Assembly: GCF_022045235.1 (NCBI RefSeq) | Contig: NW_027266286.1 | Coordinates: 65,596,001 to 65,660,000 of the forward strand | Origin: Haliotis cracherodii | Taxonomy: Eukaryota | DNA: 64,000 nt | Direction: 5' to 3' | Shown here: positions 54,623 to 64,000 of the stretch, in pieces | How positions within the stretch are numbered: position 1 is the first letter of the stretch | Layout of the letters: each line of letters starts with the position of its first letter | The notes under the pieces: model-generated | Told to the model about the DNA's origin: nothing | The model's input: the letters and a program-made list of their open reading frames with translations, nothing else | Database searches by the model: none | Program-made: the position numbers and the translations under genes

Positions 54623-55804
54623 GAGGACTTCAGCAGCAGATGCTTGTCGTGACAGGCGACTAACAGCATCAGGTGGTCAGACTCACTGACTTCGTTCATG
54701 CATGTCATCATATCCCAATTGTGTTAATCGATGCTCATGATGTCAATCCCTGGGTTGAATGGTCTAGACTTGATTAATTACTGACTGCTGTCATACAGCT
54801 GGAATATTGCTGAGTGCGGCATTCAACAACAAATAATCAAACAGATTGTGTAGTAGAAAAGCGGCCTAGGCCCAGTTCCACTAAGCAATCTTGGCGTTGT
54901 GACTCTTTGATCAATGTTAATATATGGGTTTTACAATTGTCTTAAGGCTATGATCACTTTGTATAACGGGACCATGTTGGACAGAGCCATCTCCATGATC
55001 TCTTTTCTAACTTGCATAAATTAACATTGACTTGCAACAGCCTTAGCAATAAGATGGCTTTGAACATTGATTAGGGACTGGTCATTTACTATAGGGAGTA
55101 GGTGGGTCATGAAAAAATGCTGCATGAAGGGGGAGGGGAAGGGGAAAACAATGATCTGGTCCTAAGACTAATTCCTCCCCCTATGGTAAATTACCAGTCC
55201 CTGAGATGGCTTTGTGTAACAAGTCCCTGCTGCTGCCTTGATCCGGAGTGGCCCAGCGACCAGCTCACACCTCTCCCCAACACTCATATGCATCTACTTA
55301 CAACTTGACCTGTATATTGGATGGTTGTCTCATTATCCTTTGATAGACTCAATCCTCACATAAGGTGCTTACAATCTGCATTTTGTACTTTACATACAAG
55401 TATTTTCTATATGTTTTGTGAACCCTAAGATTTATCTAGATACATACTGATTCAGTGTCGCAATGTCACAGTATATATAGTTATGGATGTCACACACAAC
55501 CCTTGGGTCTTCTCTGTGGAAGGCTGTAGATAGAATGTGCATGATCCTCTGCCAGCACTAGTCCCGGTAGATAGAGAAGAAACAGTCCTTGCAATGCAAC
55601 ATGCACACTTAAAAGCAGTCACTGCACCGTTTGATTTATTTATTCCACCTCACCTACTTACAATGATGTCATGTATGCATGTTGCCAGATCTTACCTCAG
55701 TGTGATAAAGAACAAAACTAGGAACCTGGAAGTCCCACTCCGGAGTTGTTGGAATTATAGATCAGAATGGGTCCTCAAGACTCTCCCAACAGAACCTTTG
55801 TGGT

Positions 55805-56535
55805 GATTCCAGGTTAGAATAGGTCACAGACACTCTCCATCAAGAATCTCTGTAGGGATTCTGGGTTGAAATAGGTCCGAAACACTCTAAATTACCTCCA
55901 ATGGGATTCCAGATCAATATTGGTCAGAAACACTCTCTACCAAGAACCACTGTTGGGATTCCAGGTCAGAATAGGTCAAAAACACTCCCTCCAGAGTACC
56001 TCCAACGGGATTCCAGGTCAGAATAGGTCAGAAACACTCTCTGCCAAGAACCTGTTGCGATTCCAGGTCAGAATAGGTCAGAAACGCTCTCAACCAAGAA
56101 CCAGTTGGGATTCCAGGTCAAAATAGGTCAAAAACACTCCCTCCAAAGTACCTCCAACGGGATTGCAGGTCAGAATGGGTCAGAAACACTCTCAACCAAG
56201 AACTTGTTGCGATTCCAGGTCAGAATAGGTCAGAAACACTCTCAACCAAGAACTTGTTGCGATTCCAGGTCAGAATAGGTCAGAAACACTCTCAACCAAG
56301 AACCAGTTGCGATTCCAGGTCAGAATGGGTCAGAAACACTCTCAACCAAGAACTTGTTGCGATTCCAGGTCAGAATAGGTCAGAAACACTCTCAACCAAG
56401 AACTTGTTGCGATTCCAGGTCAGAATAGGTCAGAAACGCTCTCTACCAAGAACCTGTTGCGATTCAAGGTCAGAAACACTCTTTGCCAAGAGCTTGTTGC
56501 GATTCCAGGTCAGAATAGGTTAGAAACACTCTCCA
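55805..56535. repeat. 50-bp minisatellite (about 14 copies) related to the family A SINE head
   Basis: GATTCCAGGTCAGAATAGGTCAGAAACACTCTCAACCAAGAACTTGTTGC units. Confidence 0.93.
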
Positions 56536-56879
56536 GTCAGAACCCCTTAACAATGTACTATGAACCAAACAGGGTATTTATCTGAAGGTTGTATGTTTCA
56601 CAACCTCTTACCTAAACTCTTTAGAGCATTCATCAACCCATTCTACCCTGCATGCAGATCTTGCTACTTGCCCATTTTGCATTCTAAATATCTGTGATAC
56701 AATATAGACACAGGATGTATGAAAGGTCATGCTGGTAAAAATTAATTAATCTGTGAAAGACATATCATTTAGTCTTCGAGGGTGTATAGGTAGCCTGGGT
56801 TGGATTCAATACACTGGAACATACTGTGAAGATTATTCTTGGTGTCTCTTGCTGTGATTTGGCTGGAATATTGCTGAAA

Positions 56880-56995
56880 CCACTCCGCAACCCAGGGCCA
56901 ACCACTCCGCAACCCAGAGCCAACCACTCTGCAACCCAGGGCCAACCACTCCGCAACCCAGGGCTAACCACTCTGCAACCGAGGGCTAACCAATC
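56880..56995. repeat. 22-bp tandem repeat (about 5 copies)
   Basis: CCACTCCGCAACCCAGGGCCAA units following a degenerate SINE tail. Confidence 0.85.
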
Positions 56996-57959
56996 CACAC
57001 CCCAGGACCTGGCTGATGTTTTCTCATACTCTGTAGATGTTCCTCTTATCAGGCAAAGGGGTGGTCGGATAGCCTAGTGGTCAAAGCATTCGCTGGTCAC
57101 GCCGAAGATCCGGGTTCGATTCCCAACATGGATACAATGTGTGAAGCCCATTTTTGGTTGTAGGAATTATCTGAGAGGATTTTTCGATATTTTGGACAAC
57201 CTTTCCCCCCCCTTCCTCCTCCCCCCACAAACTGGTAGAGCTAACAATGGCATGAAACACCACTCACTCACTCACTGTTGAAATCTGGTTCAATGCACTT
57301 GATTTAAGCCAAATGTTTATTTACACTGCACATGAAATAGTAAATGCCACCCATGTTTGAAAGGATACTTAAGTTTAGAACGTTTGCTGCACACCACTGA
57401 ATGACGGTACACAGAAAGAAAGTTGCCCCAGAATACTGGCGTCACACTCACGAATGCTATTTGCACCGAACTTGTTTTAACCGGACATCATGATAAACAG
57501 ACAAGCAAACTCCGCATGGCATGACAGACGCGTGTCTGTAACTTCACTGCACTGCACCCCAGACTCCACAGTGGAATACACCAGCCCATGAAACTTGCTG
57601 CTGGATTAACCTGGGATACCCTTTATTGTTACCATGGCAACTGTTCAAAGAACGGATGCAGGATGCACGACACTGTACCCCTTTCCTGACTCGCACCATG
57701 GTACGTACTAATCACTGCGCATGACAACACTGCACGGATACCACCGAACTATGCACCTTGCCATTTACATGCAGCCGCAGTTCCTTGCTTGATATGTGGA
57801 GTCATCGGAAACATTCTCGGAATGTGCCTAGTACAGGGTATAACTGCATTGAGATGGCATGAACAACTGATGCAATAAACACATTACAACACTGACATTG
57901 TGTCCTCTCTCGTGTTTTGTCCTGTGGGAATTACATGAAAAATATACACATGGAACATT

Positions 57960-58222
57960 GGATGGTGCATCTTTGCTGGAATCACAATGATGCATCGGTG
58001 ATGGAACTGCAGATGGTGGATGTGTGGTGGAATCACAATGATGCATCGGTGATGGAACTGCAGATGGTGGCTGTGTGGTGGAACCACGACGATGCATCCG
58101 TGATGGAAGCACGGATGGTAGAGCTGTGTTGATAACCAGGATGATGCATACTTCATGGAAGCGCAGATGGCGGATCTGTGGTGGAACTTCAATGATGCAT
58201 CCCTGATGGAAGCATGGATGGC
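57960..58222. repeat. 51-bp degenerate tandem repeat (about 5 copies)
   Basis: TGGAATCACAATGATGCATCGGTGATGGAACTGCAGATGGTGGATGTGTGG units. Confidence 0.85.
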
Positions 58223-58916
58223 AGAGACAGAACCTGCAGCAATTGGGCTAAGCTTTCACGAGAATGTCATCCACAGACTTCTTGGGCAGGAGCTGTCGTG
58301 CAGTCATTCAGGCCAATTGGGGACACACACATTACTAGGCTTTACGACTCCTGTGATTGAGATAGTACGGGAACATGCAAAGACTTCTCCCTCCAGTTTT
58401 TATGAACTGTGTTACACTTTGTAATCTTCCAAACACACAGCTTTTAAAACCACGTCGAAGTCACAGAATGAATCTCTTGAAAACTGCATACGCGTTTCTA
58501 TTTTATGTGAGTATATTAGTGAGAAAGAACAGCTGAGAATGCAGAACGTTGTCATGATATATGCGTGAGCACGACCCGAAGACACCGACCGAGTAACTCT
58601 CACCAGGGGGGGGCTTGTAAACTTATACCCCCAGGACTGTCTATAAACGTTTGGCTCCACCTATGGCCTCACAAACGCAAAGAATGTGTTGTGTGGCCTT
58701 TTGAATGAGGTGAGGTGAAATGGGACTTAACTTCGGGTTAATGACTGCTACACTTACATTGCGACGTACAAGGAGGTGTATTTTTTGTGTTTGTTTTTAA
58801 CGATGCACTCAGATTCATGACGGCGGTCAGTCAATCATCAAACAATCCAGTAATCGGGATAGAATAGGTATTCAGCAACCCATGCTTGTCGTAAAAGGAG
58901 ACCATGCTTGTCGTAA

Positions 58917-59968
58917 TGTCCGACTCACAAATCCACCGATGCTGGGAAATATTAGTTAACGATGCCCGGAAAGGCTGAAAATCGGCAAAATTGAGATACC
59001 CGACGGGTCTCCGGATGATCATCTGTGATCAGTGGCCATGTTTTTGACATCGGGAAGACCCCGGTGGACACATCGGAAGAAAATTACTCAAAGTTTTTTT
59101 CTTGCGGCGACCGGTGGTCCACACCCCACTCGGTAATGGATCTGCGACTCATCTTCCGGCGGCCCACCAGTGACCCTCCAGGCACCTGCCAGACCGCGAT
59201 GGAATCGGACAAAGTGTGGTATGGTCATCAGAGGATAGCCGATAGGTCATCTGCCGGGAATCGGTCAATACTCGGAATGTTCCCCTCCGGGGTCCGGTCA
59301 AGCATCGAGCAGGCGCCGAGCGGGTATCATTCATCGGACACCGGACATGTTGACGTGCTTGTTCCGGAGTGTATATAATGGGCTGAATGGGATGAGCAGC
59401 ATAGAATGTCTTCAGGATGCCTGTCCCTCCACACACACACTGGCCGGGCACCGTATGCCTTGCCACTCTTCCGAAGTTTCAGACTCCACAATTTTACAAA
59501 ATCAACTGAAATGTGATACAGTTCTTGCAGCAATTTCGACGCCGAACACGGACTATGATCGGCCGGGATTACTTACTTACTTACTTACATTGGAGATTTA
59601 ACGTGCGCTTTCCGACTGCAAGCGTATGTCGCACATGGCCGGGCACTGAGCGGGCTCCTTTTATAGCGAGCAGGAAACGGGCGGTGTTCATCCGGGCATC
59701 GGCCGGTGCCCGAATGGGCAACGCACGATTTGGTTTACATCGGACGGGCAACGTCCGGGTATCGGGAGATTACCGGCCGATTCCCACCAGATGACCGGTC
59801 AGTCACTGGACGGTATAAGCCTACCATTCATTCCAAAATCCTTCGGACACCCTCCAGACACCTCCAGACCCTCCAGATTTCGGCAAAAATCTGTGGCACG
59901 CGGGGCATCGGTGAAACCCACCTATGCCCTCACAGCTTCCGGCGACCGTTGTATATGTGACTGAGGCA
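58917..59968. mobile_element. Harbinger-like non-autonomous element inserted in a family A SINE
   Basis: Splits the SINE motif GTCGTAAGAGG with a TAA duplication (58914-58916 and 59969-59971); imperfect TIR TGTCCGACTCACAAAT / TGCCTCAGTCACATAT. Confidence 0.78.
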
Positions 59969-61999
59969 TAAGAGGCGACTAATTGGGAACGGGTGGTCAG
60001 GCTTGCTGACTTGGTTGATGCATGTCATCGTATCCCAATTGCGTGGATCGATGCTCATGATGTCAATCATTGGATTGTCTGGTCCAGACTCGATTATTTA
60101 CAGACCACCGTCATATAGCTGGAATATTGCTGAGTGCGGCGTTAAACATCAAATAAACCAAACAAACAAACAAGTAATCCACGCAATTGAGATGGATGAC
60201 ATGCAATCAAACAAGTCATCGGGCCTCATCATCCGTTCCATTTAGTCGCCCCTTACAAGCATAGGTTGCTGGGAAGCTATATTCTTACCCGGAAGCCCAA
60301 CTTGCGTGCGTGCGTGCGTGCGTGCGTACGTGCGTTCTAGTCGGGACTAATGTCGGTTTTATGATGCTCGCCCACTGAGATGCCATGCCGCAGTTAAACG
60401 TGGATACCTCACTCACACACAGTATACGACTTTGAGCCAACCAGTCCTTTTGTTTTCCCCATAAAGCCGAGTGCAAGGCAGGGTAACAAGAAGTATTATT
60501 TTTTAAGGTCTTTTGATATGACGCGGCTAGGGTCGAACCACCTACCTTCCGCTCTCCAAGCAGACGCTCTACCCTCTAGACCACCTTTAAATGAGAACAT
60601 AATGGATAAGATCTCCTCACATCGATATGTGCACACACCCATGAAGATCCGGGTTAGAATAGGTCTTCAGCAACCCACGCATGCCATAAAAGGCGACTAT
60701 GTTTGTCGTGAGATGCGACTAACGGGATCGGGGGGTTAGACTCGCTGACTTGGTTGATGCATGTCACCGTGTCCCAATTGCTGGATTGATGCTCATACTG
60801 TCAATCACTGTATTGTCTGGTCAAGACACGATTATTTACAGACCACCGTCATATAACTGGAATATTGCTAAGTGCGGCGTTAAACAACTAACAAACGAAA
60901 CAACATAATCAGAGGAGACGTACTGTCTTCATTATTCCCAACCTTATTGCTTCTCTAACGTATTAGATAACAGGCACCATATAGACTGTGACTTCATTAA
61001 TGGTAGTGACCTTGATCCCGATAAGCTCCAGGCTTAACGAGGACTTCTTGTTGATGAAAAATAACAGCAATAGACATAAATACCAGTTAAGTCTGCCAGT
61101 GGGGTCTCAATTAATCTTCACGTGAAACGTACATTTGTTATTTACAAGAACACGCTAACGACCATCACGGACTATCATCAGCTATATGTCAATGTACGTC
61201 AACCGGAAAGGGCGGCATTGTCTAATACAAAAGTCCTTATACATTTTCTATCGACAAAGCTACAAGATTCAGTTTGTCTTCCTCGAGAATAATGTACACA
61301 GTTTGGCGCCCGTTTGAGATAAGACTCGGAACGACCATGTGGCGGCTCTCATGGTGACGGCCTCTCAAACTGGAACACTCTTATGGACACTAACTTGCAT
61401 AACGGAGTCCAGTCATTTTTTTAATACAGGTGGGTGATCACATGAACATATAGATGTATTTTGCATAACAAAACACAAGCTTCAAAAGCGAACAGACGTC
61501 CCATATGCTCTACGTCATTGTTGGATTAACTATGGGTGTTGGTGCCCTCGAGAAATACCGACAACGGGCCATCACGTTCCAAGGGACGTAAGCAGTATGG
61601 AGTGTTCAAGAATGTGATGAAATGTTGGTTAATGGTATCTGTAGACAATGGATATACAAGGATATACCATGGACATACAAGGATATACCCATCGACACAT
61701 GACACATTCATTATTGACGTACCAGGTGATATATCACTGATATACCGGTTCCTACAAGTGGTGATATATGATTGATAAACTCGATGATAAAAGTGTTGAT
61801 GCATGCGGAGATACATTTAGAAGACATAGAAGTATTTACCAATGCACTTATACCGTCCAACGTAATGAGAGTTGCATACGCGACAAATGGAGAGGGCAGG
61901 CACACAAGGAGGTGACCAATTATTCGGGCCTCAACATGACTGTCATAACGCATATCCTACACCCGTCAATACATATGATGATACATTGAGCAGACGTTC

Positions 62000-63115
62000 A
62001 TGGATGTGACGAATTTCACTCCGGTCATCAACGTGACTACCACCAGCCCTGCACCGTCATCGCTGCCTTATCTTCACCTTTCAACTCTACCAGCTCCTGT
62101 CAGATTCGTGTTAGCTTCCCTGCTTTTGTTGACTATGACAATAGCTCTTGGCGGGAACTTTGTCGTCTGCTGGATTGTGTACCGGAAACCAGCCATGCGA
62201 TCCGCCATCAACCTGCTTCTGGCCCATCTCGCCCTAACCGACATATGTCTAGCGTCCATCTCTATTCCAGTAGCAGTAACAAGTCTTCTGTCAGGGCGTT
62301 GGATACTGGGAGACACGGCATGTGTGATAACTGGCTTCCTACACGGCCTTATATACACCGTCGGCATCTATACACTGCTGGCGATCAGTGTAGACAGGTA
62401 TCTTATCATTGTCAGCAGGACCACGATGCTGACGCTTAATCGGGCCAAGATCATCATCCTGCTATCTTGGGTAGTGGCGGGGACAGTGACCTTCCCCCCT
62501 GTTGTTGGATGGGGTGAGTACCGACCGGAAGTGCAGCTTTTGTGCAGCGTGGGACGGTCACGTGGTGCGGGTGACGCGGTGTATGTGATGCTGGCAACAG
62601 TCCTCGCAACATTCGTGCCACTTCTCCTCATGTTGCACTCCTTTGTCTGCATCATAGCTACCGTCAGGAAGAAATGTGTGCGCGTGCAGGATCAACCACG
62701 TGGTGTCTGTATATCCTACAACAGAAAGGTTGTCACCGCCACTCTCGGTGGCGTTCGAAGGTTGAAAATTGACGTTGGATTCAAGACCAGGTCTTTCAAG
62801 ACGATTCTGCTGCTGTTTGTGGTTTTAACAGTTTGTTGGGCTCCGTACAGCACGTGGATCATGCTGAACAGCGTGGTAAACGAACACCTGTCTGTTATTG
62901 TGTCTCTGCTTCCGTGTGTCTGTTACTTAAAGACTGCCATTAATCCCATCATATACTATGCTAGCATCAAGAAATTCAGGGAAGCTTGCAAGGGATTTCT
63001 CCCCAGATTCTGTTGGCCAGTGCCATGTGTACCTGCCTCTCACAGGCGAAGGGTCAACCCAAGCGCTGTGTATGAAGTCAGGGAGAGTTCATCGAGTCAG
63101 TGTACACGGAGCTGA
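62000..63115 (+). CDS. Intronless class A (rhodopsin-like) orphan GPCR, GPR45/GPR63 (PSP24)-like, 371 aa
   Basis: Seven hydrophobic segments; GN in TM1, LALTD in TM2, DRY, CWAP, NPIIY; family-type motifs MRSAINLLL, IDVGFKTRSFKTIL, IKKFREAC, RRVNPSAVY. Confidence 0.92.
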   Translation: MDVTNFTPVINVTTTSPAPSSLPYLHLSTLPAPVRFVLASLLLLTMTIALGGNFVVCWIVYRKPAMRSAINLLLAHLALTDICLASISIPVAVTSLLSGRWILGDTACVITGFLHGLIYTVGIYTLLAISVDRYLIIVSRTTMLTLNRAKIIILLSWVVAGTVTFPPVVGWGEYRPEVQLLCSVGRSRGAGDAVYVMLATVLATFVPLLLMLHSFVCIIATVRKKCVRVQDQPRGVCISYNRKVVTATLGGVRRLKIDVGFKTRSFKTILLLFVVLTVCWAPYSTWIMLNSVVNEHLSVIVSLLPCVCYLKTAINPIIYYASIKKFREACKGFLPRFCWPVPCVPASHRRRVNPSAVYEVRESSSSQCTRS

Positions 63116-63349
63116 GAACATAGTGCTTAATCATGGAGATATCTGTCGCGTGAGACTTGACCTAACTATTACGTAATATTATGCTTATCCTATACAATCA
63201 ATGTACGAGTATGAATATTCACTGCTGTAAACTTGATAAACAGATTTGGAAAGGGTGAATGGGAACGTAAGACAAAGCCCTGCGGGTGGACAAGCTATGA
63301 AGGCTCATACAAGGGAATACAGGGGTCTACAGGGTCTGACAAAGGCTAA

Positions 63350-64000
63350 CAGAGTGATGAATGTGCCAAGGGTCTGTGGAGTGATGGATGTGCCAAGGCT
63401 CGATAGAGTGATGAATGTGCCAAGGATCTGTGGAGTGATGAATGTACCAAGGGTCTGTGGAGTGATGAATGTACCAAGGCTCTACAGAGAGGAATGTGCC
63501 AAGGATCTACAGAGTGATGAATGTGCCAAGGCTCTACAGAGAGGAATGTGCCAAGGATCTACAGAGTGATGAATGTGCCAAGGCTCTACAGAGAGGAATG
63601 TGCCAAGGATCTACAGAGTGATGAATGTGCCAAGGCTCTACAGAGAGGAATGTGCCAAGGATCTACAGAGTGATGAATGTGCCAAGGGTCTGTGGAGTGA
63701 TGAATGTGCCAAGGATCTACAGAGAAAGGAATGTGCCAATGATCTACAGAGTGATGGATGTGCCAAGGGTCTGTGGAGTGATGAATGTGCCAAGGGTGTA
63801 CAGAGTGATGAATGTACCAAGGGTCTGTGGAGTGATGAATGTGCCAAGGGTGTACAGAGTGATGAATGTACCAAGGGTCTGTATAGTGATGAATGTGCCA
63901 AGGGTCTGTGGAGTGATGAATGTGCCAAGGGTGTACAGAGTGATGAATGTACCAAGGGTCTGTGGAGTGATGAATGTGCCAAGGGTCTACAGAGAAAGGA
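63350..64000. repeat. 27/24-bp minisatellite running off the window end
   Basis: GAGTGATGAATGTGCCAAGGGTCTGTG and AGAGAGGAATGTGCCAAGGATCTAC variants. Confidence 0.95.

Overview
Repeat-rich eukaryotic genomic DNA. The SINE types suggest a mollusc, possibly an abalone-like gastropod (inference). It holds two intact protein-coding genes on the + strand. (1) A complete Exportin-4 (XPO4) gene, assembled by hand from 25 coding exons (9933-45297, 3429 nt, 1142 aa, all splice phases consistent). Two of its introns are U12-type (GTATCCTT donors). (2) An intronless class A orphan GPCR of the GPR45/GPR63 (PSP24) family (62000-63115). The rest is mobile DNA and tandem repeats: a decayed Tc1 element, the 3' end of an I/Nimb-type LINE, four SINE families sharing that LINE's 3' tail, many MITEs (Harbinger-, hAT-, pogo-, mariner- and Kolobok-like), a Penelope-like inverted repeat with a hammerhead-type motif, and many minisatellites. 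Most notable: minisatellites built from XPO4's own splice junctions (36 tandem copies of the exon 7 end and donor; 8 extra copies at exon 17; an acceptor-derived array at exon 20), a SINE-like family whose head lacks Pol III boxes and can fold into a pseudoknot, and the hammerhead hairpin in intron 9. The long ORFs at 22.2-25.1 kb are repeat artefacts. All calls come from reading the sequence by eye; no searches were run.
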